A stretch of 21,368 nucleotides of DNA from Centroscyllium fabricii (taxonomy: Eukaryota): assembly GCA_051313645.2 (NCBI GenBank). It is one part of the record JBNRSN020000027.1 of this genome. One strand, given 5' to 3'. Both the position numbers and the translations under genes were made by a program. Under the pieces are notes generated by a model. That model was not told where the DNA came from. It ran no database searches and saw nothing but the letters and a program-made list of their open reading frames with translations. This document shows positions 9,090-20,245 of this stretch, piece after piece; within the stretch, counting starts at the first letter, position 1, and each line of letters opens with the position of its first letter.

Positions 9090-9213
9090 ATCACATGGTT
9101 CTGAATGGGTTGGAGAGTGTATATTGTGATACACAAGGTATCACAATTGTGTGGCACAGGCTGAATGGACCAAAGGGTCTTTAGCTGTCCATTATTGTCC
9201 GTATGTTGGTAAC
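9090..9213 (+). mobile_element. Probable 3' terminus of an older CR1 subfamily (duplicated at ~11913-12036)
   Basis: Begins ATCACATGGTTCTGAATGGGTTGGAGAGT, resembling ATCACATGGGTTTGGGTGGGGTGGAGAGT at 5748-5776, then continues into a different LINE-like end (GGCTGAATGGACCAAAGGGTCTTTAGCTGTCC). Confidence 0.5.
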
Positions 9214-9630
9214 TACTGTATGGTCAATAATCCAAGCATGCATTAATGACTACCACACTTGAGTCTAATGAATATCTTGGAGCTGGGGATGCATTACACA
9301 TGAAGATTTTTTGTGTGAATGACAACAAGAGTAGCCATTCATAGAATGTGCCAGGTTTTGCTGCTTATAAACCCAGCCCCTCCTCGCTCTCACCCCTCCC
9401 ACACTGAAGATGCTTGAGAACTTACAAGCACCAAGAGTCAGAGAAACCATTATTAAGTACTAGTGCATCTCCTTTGAAGGTAGCTGTGATTTATTTTGCA
9501 TTAAAACATCAAAACAAAGTAAAGTATGAACCTTTCAACTCTATCTGAGATAACTTTGATAATAAAAACAATGTCATTAACACGGGAATCGCTGGAAATT
9601 GCGAGGCAATGTAAAAGGTTACAGAGAACT

Positions 9631-10042
9631 GGCAAAACAGGTGGCACAGTGGTTAGCACTGTTGCCTTACAGCACTGGAGACCCAGGTTCAAATCCAACC
9701 TCGGGTACTATCTGTGTGGAGTTTGCACATTCTCCCCGTGTCTGCGTGGGTTTCCTCCGGGTGCTCCGGTTTCCTCCCACAGTCCAAAGATGTGCGGGTT
9801 AGGTTGATTGGCCAGGATAAATTGACCCTTAGTGTTAGGGGGATTAAATATGTGGAATTATGGGGATAGCGTGGGATATGTGTCAGTGCAGGCTCGATCG
9901 GGATCGAGTTATATGGGGACAAGGCAGGGACAGGGTACTGGGTTTGGATGATCAGCCATGATCTCATTGAATGGCGGAGCAGGCTCGAAGGGCCGAATGG
10001 CCTACTCCTGCTCCTATCTTCTATGTTTCTATGTTTCTATGT
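9631..10042 (+). mobile_element. Full-length V-SINE (HE1-like), duplicate copy
   Basis: Same structure as 6807-7218, with 9 substitutions by manual count. Confidence 0.94.
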
Positions 10043-10595
10043 CTTGCAATCCTTTTTCCTGACCTTCGTGACTGTGAAAATTGTTGCCCTCCAGGGGGCA
10101 AGGGTGATGAAAAGGAAGGCAATGTATCATTTAAAAACACGAACAAAATCTGTCAATTAGGAATCAACAATAACAAAGTAGTTAACAATGAAACAAGTAG
10201 CAAGGAAAACAGAAATGAATTAAATCACTTAAAATATATTTTAATAATATTTTCAGTTGTCCTATTTCATCAGTAACCTTTGGAAACCAGTACAAAGTAA
10301 AGTGTAAAACTTAATAAAATGGGTGCGATGCCTATGGAAATGTGATATGAACCGGCAGCTCACCCAAATAATATTAGTGAGGCTTGAGGCCCAATTTCAA
10401 GCTGGCCATGGCCTCCTGGTTGGGGCATTCGCTCCTTGTGCAGTGCTCATTTTGGGCTTGAAAATAAACTTATTGGAATTTCCACCACTTAACTGTCAGA
10501 ATGTCCCAGTGCCATTCTGTGCAAGATAGGCTAAACGAGTTGGGACTCTAAACTTTAGAGAAGCGTAGACTTGGGGTGATCTGATTGAGGTTTAT

Positions 10596-11206
10596 AATTC
10601 AATTCAATTCAATTCAATTCAATTCAAGTTTTATTGTCATTGCAGAGTACTAGTACAATACAACGAGACGAAGACTCGACTCTCCCGAGAGTAGTGCAAA
10701 TAAAATAAATAAATTACATGCAAATTGCATACAGTAAAGTACATTATCAGGCATGCAGGTACCGGAGTTTCTTTTTAGAGTTCAGGAGGCTGACAGCCCT
10801 GGGGAAGACGCTGTTCTGAAATCTAGTCGTGCGGGTGCAAATTGCTCTGTAGTGTCTCCCGGAGGGCAGGGGGGCGAACAGACTGTGGCTGGGTTGTGTG
10901 GGGTCTTTAATAATGTTCATAGACCTCCGTAAGCAGCGTTTGAGGTAGATGCTTTCCATTGACGGTAGCTGTGTACCGCTAATTCGTTGGGCAGTTTTGA
11001 CTACCCGCTGCAGGGTTTTCCGGTCCGAGATAGTGCAATTACCATAACAGACAGTGATGCAGCTTGTCAGTATGCTTTCTATTGTGCAGCGGTAGAAGTT
11101 GGAGAGGATGCCGGATGACAGCCTGGCTTTCTTCAGCTTCCTTAGGAAGTACAGGCGCTGTTGGGCCTTCTTAACCAGAGAGGAGGTGTTTAGTGACCAG
11201 GAGAGA
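10596..11206 (-). mobile_element. Rex1/Babar-clade LINE 3' fragment, duplicate copy
   Basis: Near-identical to 7772-8383 (ORF 10747-10959); (AATTC)6 at 10596-10625. Confidence 0.9.
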
Positions 11207-11237
11207 CGATGAAGGCAATAGATTGTGCTCCAGTTGA

Positions 11238-11912
11238 CAGCAATTAATCAAAAAGGCAAATGGAATGTTGGCCTTAATCGCAAGGGGTCGGAGTAGAAAA
11301 GCAGGGAAGTCCTGCTACAACTGTACAGGGTATTGTTGAGACCACACCTTGAGTACTGCATACAGTTTTGGTCTCCTTATTTAAGGAAGGATATACTTGC
11401 ATTGGAGGCAGTTCAGAGACGATTCACTCGGTTAATTCCAGAGATGAGGGGTTTGACTTATGAAGAAAGGCTGAGCAGGTTGGATCTATACTCATTGGAA
11501 TTGAGGAGAATGAGAGGGGATCTTATTAAAACATGTAAGATACTGAGGGGGCTCGACAAGGTAGATGCTGAGAGTATGCTTCCCCTTGTGGGGAAATCTA
11601 GAACTCGGGGGCATAGTTTCAGAATAAAGGGTTGCCCTTTTAGAACTGAGATGAGTAAAAAAAAATCTTCTCTCGGAGGGTCTTGAATCTGTGGAATTCT
11701 CTGCCCCAGAGAGCCGTGGAGGCTGGGTCATTAAATACATTTAAGGTGGAGATAGACAGATTTTTGCAAGATAAGGGAGTGAAGGGTTATGGGGAGCGGG
11801 CAGCGAAGTGGCTTTGAAACCAAGACCAGCCATGATCTTATTGAATGTCAGAGCAGGCTCGAGGGGCCAAGTGTTCTATTCCTGCTCCTATTTCTTATGG
11901 TCTTGTGATCTT
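11238..11912 (+). mobile_element. CR1 LINE 3' fragment, duplicate copy
   Basis: Near-identical to 8415-9089 (ORF 11333-11686). Confidence 0.93.
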
Positions 11913-13448
11913 ATCACATGGTTCTGAATGGGTTGGAGAGTGTATATTGTGATACACAAGGTATCACAATTGTGTGGCACAGGCTGAATGGACCAAAGGG
12001 CCTTTAGCTGTCCATTATTGTCCGTATGTTGGTAACTACTGTATGGTCAATAATCCAAGCATTAATGACTACCTCACTTGAGTCTAATGAATATCTTGGA
12101 GCTGGAGATGCATTACACATGAAGATTTTTTGTATGAATGACAGCAAGAGTAGCCATTCATAGAATGTGCCAGGTCTTGCTGCTTATAAACCCAGCCCCT
12201 CCTCGCTCTCACCCCTCCCACACTGAAGATTCTTGAGAACTTACAAGCACCAAGAGTCAGAGAAACCATTATTAAGTACTAGTGCATCTCCTTTGAAGGT
12301 AGCTGTAATTTATTTTGCATTAAAACATCAAAACAAAGTAAAGTATGAACCTTTGAACTCTATCTGAGATAACTTTGATAATAGAAACAATGCCATTAAC
12401 TATATGCAATGGTTTGCTATTGCTGCAGCTATAGTACATCACCTGCACTGACTTAACTATTGAAATAACGTTAGTATATCAGGGCAACTGGTTTATCTGA
12501 CTGCAGTGTGTGAGGAAAATACGATTCATTTAGGTATTCATTTTTATTTCTGATTAGTATGTTAAATAAACTATCAGACCTATGTAGGATTAATTGCAAT
12601 ATACTGAATAGGCTAATTTTTGTGTTTATTTGCCAAATAGTTATTTACTTCAAACAGAATGTTTAATAAGTATGCTGAGAAATGTGTGCAATAGAATCGT
12701 CTCATAAATACTATCAGCAAAGCAGACATTCCTTTGAAAGTAAGTTTGACAGCGGTCTGCCACAGTCAGAATCAAAGGTTTATGACATTTGTAGAAAACC
12801 CTGTAGATTCCAGCTCACTTTCTGTCTCTGTCTCTTTGCTTATGTTATCCTTCTCCACATTTCCTGGAGCTCATTTGGTGGTCTTGTTTACTGACAAATC
12901 TGGCCTTATGATACATTTTCTTTGAGATATGTCTTCCTAAATCTTAAGTGAACTTTGCCTTTGAGGGAGGTTTTAATGTCTTCCTTTGGCAATCAGTAGA
13001 TAAGTAACTCAGTGCTTGGGATACTTTTAACCACTTACATTAATCTGCAGTGGCAGTTTTGGGTCTCTTGGCAGGGGGCCTTTCAAGACGAAGTTAAGTT
13101 TTGGAAGCTGCCCATCAGATCTTATTAGAAAATCATGTTCTCCATAGCTGATGCTTGTGGAGCAGATGTAACTCTTGCAAGCAGACATGGGTGAACAAAT
13201 GGTGAGGGCACATAACCACTTTACTGGTTAAATCTCAAATTTCCTTTATGCATCATGTAACAAATACATACCTTTTGCCTTTTGCGCTTTCCATTGTCAT
13301 AAATAATATTCTGTCAACGACACCTGTATTGCCAGCGATTGCCAACATTGCTGTACTATTGTTCACAGGTGTCATCAGCAGTAACACTATACACAACATG
13401 AAAGGTAAACTATCCAACTACATCTTTGGTTCAACTGGCCTATTCATA

Positions 13449-13749
13449 ATGTGGAGATGCCGGTGTTGGACTGGGGTGGACAAATGTAAGAAGTCATACG
13501 ACACTAGGTAAGAGTCCAACAGTTTTATTAGAAAGCACAAGCGTTCAGAGCGCTGCTGCTTCATCAGGTGAAGTGAAGAGATGCATATAGGCACGGCTTA
13601 TATAGTCATCTAGCATTGTTCTCTGACTATATATGCTGTGCCTATGTGCATCTCTTCACTTCACCTGACGAAGGAGCAGCGCTCCAAAAGCTTGTGATTT
13701 CAAATAAAACTGTTGGACTATAACCTGGTGTTGTGTGACTTCTTACATT
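13449..13749. mobile_element. Penelope-derived palindromic mini-element (two inverted pLTR fragments) with a 13-bp TSD
   Basis: Imperfect inverted arms ~13481-13608 and ~13624-13751 with a 15-nt spacer. The direct repeat TGGCCTATTCATA is at 13436-13448 and 13750-13762. Each arm has a decayed hammerhead-like core (13661-13697 on +, ~13535-13571 on -). The left arm has an unpaired 32-nt extension (13449-13480). Confidence 0.85.
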
Positions 13750-13806
13750 TGGCCTATTCATAGGATGTGTGATTTACAGTTATGCATTTGTATGTACGTA
13801 TGTTTG

Positions 13807-14072
13807 TGATGAAATAACTGTGTTCTGGCCTTTGTATTGCTTGTTTGTACTTGTTAATGTTCTGGAATAGTCTGCAGGTGTAACCACTGATGCCCTAGCC
13901 CCGCCCTTCTGGATTGCCCGGATGGGTGTGAGTCTTGCTCATAAGGGCTGGGTCGGTGATAAATGAAGGTTGCTCTGTGTTAACTCAATGCCATGTTCTA
14001 ACTTAATAAAAGCCTTTAGTTTTAAGTTTTAAGTTTAAACCTCTCAAATCTGGGTAGTCATTTGGCACATCA
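13807..14072 (+). mobile_element. Possible solo LTR (~266 bp)
   Basis: Inverted termini TGATG...CATCA, an internal GC box (CCCCGCCC) and AATAAA ~65 bp before the end. No clean TSD; the 5' boundary is uncertain (alternative TGTAAC at 13879). Confidence 0.4.
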
Positions 14073-14081
14073 ATGTGTATG

Positions 14082-14099
14082 TATATATATATATATATA
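14082..14099. repeat. (TA)n microsatellite
   Basis: TATATATATATATATATA followed by an A-run. Confidence 0.9.
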
Positions 14100-17000
14100 A
14101 AAAAACTCAATTGTATTCAAAAGACAGTTAAACTATTATGTTATTAAACCCTGCAGAATGATTTTACCTAAAGAAGACTTCTATTTCTTTCATGCTATGT
14201 TTCTGTGCCGCTTTAACTAACAGATAACCATGCCCATGCCCTTGCCCTCACATACCCTCGCTGACCTTGTTTGTTTTTAACAGTCTATGTTATCGACCAA
14301 ATACAGTACCTTGATTCATATTGTGCAAAGGTAAACACAAAGCCAGCCAGCAAATAGGGCCAGAACCTCATTAGAATTGTTCCTACCTTTCTTACGGTGG
14401 ATAAAGTGCTGATTAGGTTTGTTGTTCCTTCTCTTTATCTCTTAATTATTATCAAAAATATTAATAGCCAATGTTATCATTGTATCTATCAACATGTTTT
14501 GACCTATTTGTCTGTGTCAGATCTATACCTGCCCCTTTGTTCACCTTGGTGCGACTTTGCACCCTGTCTACACTGAGTCATGCGTCAATATTATATATGC
14601 CTCTGAGCTTTGTGTACTTATGCTGATAGATACGTTTTCCCAGTGAACTGATGGACCTCCTGGAGCCTTTCAAACATTTTTTTGTCATTAAAAACATCGA
14701 AAGACAAACATCAGATCTGTGTGTGAATTGCTGTACCTAGATGGCTGTACATAGTGTTATCAGCCAGAGGACATGTCACAGTGAGTACCGAGAATGCAAG
14801 AGGTGCATTGGCTTCTGATAACAGCTGACCTATCGGACAAGGTGGCGAGAGAGAAAAAACATCCATCAGTAAAATGCAACACTTACTGATTATTATTGTT
14901 TAGAGTGCATTGACTATTACTCATTGTGTCATGAAGTTTCCTGCGGCCTTCTTATTTTGCTTAGGGGTGGGGTTCAGAACACCACCCACTTCGATCAAGT
15001 GACTCCAATCGAAGTGAGCTGAGGATCGATGGACACAGCTGATCTTATTCGCTTTTAGCCGGGTTCTGGAAGGAAGATGAGGGGCTGTTAACGTGCCTTA
15101 CGTGCAGTTCATCCATCAGCCCTGCAGCAATGAATGTGACTCATAGAAAATGCATTTTGTCTCAGTAATCACTGAGGCAGCTCCATATATATGTGTATAT
15201 ATTTAGAAAATGGGCCGGGATCATGTAACTTATCTGAGAGGAATAGTTAAGTGACGTGGGAGTAAATGTGTTATCCTCTGATGTTTTGCCCTTTGACTTT
15301 TAGCAAGCAAGGTTGGACAGAATCAGTTCCATACCGATTCAAGACTGGAATGGGCAACACAATTAATTGTAATCGCGGAAGGAGTGTTCAATTGTTTACC
15401 AATTGTTTACACCACAGTCCGCATTGTAGCAATTCATTCCGCCTTTCGCTTTTATAAGTCTAACCGACTTTAGGCCACCATAATTATCACCAGGGCAGAG
15501 TTTTAGAAGTAATCACCTCCACAGTAGTTACACTTTGTATTAACCGGCAATCTGACTGGAATATAATTTAACTGTACTTAAGTTCTGTCATTAATATAAA
15601 ACCATAAAATGGTGTGTGGTGCTTAGCCCTGTCTTTACTCAATGAAGTCATGACATCAGTTTGATGTATGCTCCCATTCCAGATCTAAATCAACAATGAC
15701 ACGGGTTATATTGTTTCAACCTTAGGAGATTGTCTTATTTCTTTATTAATATTTAATTCATGCTCTATGCGTTTTACTGTTACAGTTAAATATATGAATG
15801 AAATATTTTGCTACGAAATCAATAGATATACATTAAAATTCTATCCTTGTGATGAATATATTAATTACAGAAGGGGAAGAGTATTTTGGCACGGATCAGT
15901 GCACATTACTTGCCTGGCCTCACAACGATTCTCTATCCAGTACCCCAAATGCATTAGCATTTTTATACGTTTGCTGTTAAAAAAAAGTGTTTTAATTGTG
16001 CAATAATAAAGGAAGAAATCTAGAACTATACAAAAAGGCGTGGAATATTAACTTCACCCCACCGTTGCAAACGTTTCATCAGGCCGACCCCAGCCTTAAT
16101 GGAGATGGAAAGGGCTGTTGCATTATTCTATAGATGGATGGTCTTGGACACTGTGCTGGTGAGACAACCTGAGAATGATTTTACTGCGTGAGGTCTCTGC
16201 TCTGACGGAATCAGGGCTGGCGATGGCGTGTTGCAGGTAGAGGTAAACCCAATCAACGGTGGTGCATTATTCCCTGGAGCCTTCGTATGGGACGCGAGGT
16301 TGTTGATGGGCTATTGCGCCACATTTACATTTGAAATGTAGTTAATAACAGTTCAATCAGCGAGTCTATGAAACAGACAATCATATCTGTATCCGTCTTT
16401 AAACTCGTGATTATGCGGCAATGCTCTATTTTGTTGGTCTCGATAAGAAGTGGCGCCCTGTAAAATATAATTACAGCAGCCTCAATGCATTATGCAAACT
16501 AACTGCAAAAAGCAATTCGAGTGCACACTGTTGAGAAGGATTTCCATTTGGTCCCTTCTGCCCTATTGCCATCTAAGTAGTGCACAATCTATTCGTTTGG
16601 TTTAACGAACACTGGCGAAGTCTTCAATTTTCCCGACACGGTTCGAAAAAGGAGCTTATCTGTGTGCATTTAACAATAAGACATCTTGGAGAGAAAGGGG
16701 AGCTGACGGCGAAAAAAATTATATATTTCTCTATTCTAAATAGATGGAATCTGGCTCTGAATAAAACAGATTGTACCATTTTTGCAAGCATTTGTCTTGT
16801 GTGTAAAAAAAATGCATTATGCTGCGCGGATCCATATTTGGGTTCGGAGATTCTCGAATACTGTTGGGTTGATTTTGAATTGGTAACATTGACCTTAAAT
16901 TGACAGGCAGTTAGTTAAGAAAAATGTACCTTTCAAGTTATTGCTAGGTTCCATGCTGTTAGGGACAACTTTAACCGTAGGAAGCTCCGGTTATTATGAC

Positions 17001-17280
17001 CTAGGGTTAGCCTCCAAAAACCCCTTGCTGCGTTCAATTATGGGGCAAACTCTCCCGGTGGAATCAATGGATGTGCAATCCTGGGTTCAGCGGTAATCTG
17101 ACTTCGGTAGTCACTGCCCCTGACCACAGTCACCCAGCAGGTTAAATACATATGGCAGTGGAGGGGACCGGCAAACATATTTGGTTCCATGGTTAGTGTT
17201 TGGGAGTCTTTCAATGAAGTCTCCCTGTAAATGAGACCCTAACGGACTGGGAGGGGGTGGGGGGTGGGGTTGCGGCTGGT

Positions 17281-17788
17281 CTATAGGAAGGATGTGATTG
17301 CCTTGGAGAGGGTGCAGAGGAGATTCACCAGGATGCTGCCTGGGCTGGGGAGCTTCAGCTATGAAGAAAGACTGGACAGGCTGGGGTTGTTTTCCTTGGA
17401 GCCGAGAAGGCTGAGGGGGGACCTGATTGAAGTGTACACAATTATGAGGGGCATAGATAGGGTAGATAGAAAGGAACTTTTTCCCTTAGTAGAGGGGTCA
17501 ATAACCAGGGGTCATCGTTTCAAGGTTTAGAGGCGATTTGAGGAAAAACTTTTGCACCCAGAGAGTGGTTGGAATCTGGAACTCACTGTCTGAAAGGGTG
17601 GTAGAGGCAGGAACCCCCAACATTCAAGAAGCATTTAGATGAGCACTTGAAACGCCATAGCATACAAGGCTACGGACCAAATGCAGGAAAATGGGATTCA
17701 AATAGACAGGGCTTGATGGCCGGCACGGACACGATGGGCCGAAGGACCTCTTTCTGTGCTGTATTACTCTGTGACTCTGACTCTATGA
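17281..17788 (+). mobile_element. CR1 LINE 3' fragment (different subfamily)
   Basis: YRKDVIALERVQRRFTRMLPGL...RRLRGDLIEVYTIMRGIDRV...TRGHRFKV, then a 3' end GATGGGCCGAAGGACCTCTTTCTGTGCTGTA and an ACTCT(A/G)TG-type tail. Confidence 0.93.
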
Positions 17789-20139
17789 ACATATATAATG
17801 GTGGGGCCATGGGTGGGTCTTGTTTGGCCAGACACGGGGACATTTGGCACGGCTGACCCGTGAACTTTATTTCCTGAACTAAATTGCACTGAAGTACTTG
17901 GAATCATGTAATGAAGTGGGAAAAACAAGAGCACGGTCCATCCTGCCCCAGGGCCGCCACATGTTCCGTGTGTATTACTGTCAGCTGTTACATGCGCGAC
18001 TATCAGAAACCGAGTCATTTCAAATCCCATTAATATTTACAGCATCTATTGAATTTCCCATTAAAACCCTTACTGAACATACGCAGTGGTTGCTTAAATA
18101 TCCATCTTATTATACACGTTATGAAAATCGGTTGCTATTTGCAAATCTCGCCACCATTTCAGTTGCAATTTCAAGGTAATTTAAGTGCTGGTCTGCCATA
18201 GTATTGTAAAACTAGGGCAATTCCTATTTTATTCTCCGCGTATTTTGCAATATTGGAAATATAATGGTTCCCCTTTTACCCCTAGATAACTTCTACAGTA
18301 CAATTTCCACTTGCTATTTATCCAGATCGTGTACCTGATTTAACTTTTACAATCACCGCCGGGCAGAATAGTTTATTTGGGGGATTTGGATAGTTTCACG
18401 CGGTCAGAGATAAATAACTTCGTTTCCCCTCACCCCCTGCCCCAAACTCTAAGCACACGAAGCCCAAATATCTTTTACAAAGCCATGCAAACATTTCTGT
18501 TTCAAATCTAGATGCAGGGGGGAGGTGCTGGAAATGTGGAAGTCGTTTTCTTTGCATGTTTCAATATACGATCGTTCGAAAATAACAAGCACAAACAAAC
18601 TTGTGGACCCTTCTGGAGTCGATTGATGTAAAATAGAATTTAAAAAAATGACCCATTGCAAATTCTAAAACCAATAGCATTCCCTTTAATCAAAAATATA
18701 TCATATTGGTTATTATTACTGGGGCAGAAAGCGGTACCGCAGTCGCTGATAGCTGCAGGAACACTCAAGTTTTCAATTGTTTAAACAATTTGATCGGATT
18801 ATTTGAACATTTATTCCGATGTATTAATGCACGTGCACTTTCCCCTGATGTCTTATTTTGGTCCTATGAAGTTGAGTCCACTGAACAACTTAGTTCTTAA
18901 CGGGTTCAATCTAGAATAACAACAGGGCCTGCAGCGATGCAATCTTTAACGGTTTCATTTTTTTTACAGTTTGTTCATTGTGCGAAAACACATTTCTTGG
19001 GGGCGGGGGCGGGGGGGGGTGGTGGACAGTCATTTATTTTCTTTGAAAGCGCGTCTATTGGGAGAAGATTGTGCGCTAAATCGGAAAAATGCGGTTTAAG
19101 GATACTAATTTGATTAACTTGATAAAATGTTCTCAACGAACATATTTATTGGACGTGACATGGAGTAAATCTTCAAGTAGTTTCATTCCCTTCATTATTT
19201 CTTTTGACTATCTGGATACCATGGAAATGTAACTAAATACGAATGCAACACACTGACCGCTCGTTACAAACCTTCCAAGATATATGGTTGCATATCTCTC
19301 TTGTGCACTCAAAATTAAATGTTTAACTTTTAAAAGAGAATGAAAACTCATTTTTTTTCTATTTCTTTGTCTATGTGTGGGGAGCCTTTTCGGCACTTCT
19401 AACATGTATACAAAACATCAGTTTCAATATTTCATCTTTATGGAATCATGTTACATTTTAATAAAATATTTGGGTAAATTATCTGACGGGTAAAGAGTTG
19501 CTGTGATATTCTAGCCTATATATATATATATTTGAAAAATCTTGGCCTGTGTGTATAATTTGCAATTAAATGTAGATGTTGCTTTTTCACAGTATTAAAC
19601 TATGTAGAGCCTCTTTTTTTAAAAAAAACAAATAATATCCCCCCAAAAATTATGTATGCAGTCACTAACCGCCAGATCTTATAAAATGAATCAGTTGTTA
19701 GTGTACTGTTTCTTGAGAGAATGAAATGCTCAATGATATCTGTTATTTATATGAATGAATAGACAAACAATATCCGTTAATTTATTATTATTATTTAATC
19801 CCGGCACATCTTTAAATAGATGACATTTCTGAACTCCATTTGCTTGCAATTTCAACTGTAGCAATACTCCATCTCTTAATGGTGTATAACCTCCTTAACT
19901 TGTATATTTCTACTTCATTTACGTTACTGAGGTTACTTAGATTTATTTTTTTTCTGTCTAGATAATTTTAGGAGCACATTGGAGTGATATGATCTAACCA
20001 TTCCTCAGATTCCTACCCCCATTGCCTTAGTGTGCATTGCTGGTAGATTGTTCAGCTACATTAATGTGCCTTAATAGTCCTTTCAGAAATGTAAAGAGGA
20101 GCACTTTAGTATTTTGGACCAATCTTCTCTGAGGCTGAA

Positions 20140-20212
20140 GGGGGGGGGGGGGGGGGGTGACAGCTCCGAAGGTTGGATTAATGGCATTTCGGATGGTGAG
20201 TTTTTCCCCTCT

Positions 20213-20244
<32 letters not shown>

Positions 20245-20245
20245 C
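20140..20245. repeat. Poly-G tract (~20140-20158) and (CT)n microsatellite (~20209-20244)
   Basis: Directly visible simple repeats; they explain the low-complexity ORFs 20083-20358 and 20114-20302. Confidence 0.9.

Larger units (their letters stand above)
6755..9578 (+). repeat. Tandem segmental duplication, unit 1 (2824 bp)
   Basis: Colinear with 9579-12397; ORF pairs are offset by 2824, 2823 and then 2819 (6865/9689, 7924/10747, 9265/12084). Confidence 0.97.
9579..12397 (+). repeat. Tandem segmental duplication, unit 2 (2819 bp)
   Basis: About 35 substitutions by manual count, plus a 1-bp and a 4-bp indel, relative to unit 1. AAC is shared at all three boundaries (6755, 9579, 12398). Confidence 0.97.

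Noticed and set aside
6755-12397. The two 2.8-kb units as LTRs or a self-mobile composite element
   Set aside because: The units abut directly with no internal region, TG...CA ends or TSD, and their contents are unrelated TE fragments plus unique DNA.
14490-14695. Possible very old Penelope 3' UTR remnant
   Set aside because: Only a loose resemblance of GACCTCCTGGAGCCTTTCAAACATTTT to 2255-2290; insufficient to call.
14987-15016. Hairpin CACTTCGAT...ATCGAAGTG
   Set aside because: A 9-bp stem is too short for a pre-miRNA and is plausible by chance in 21 kb.
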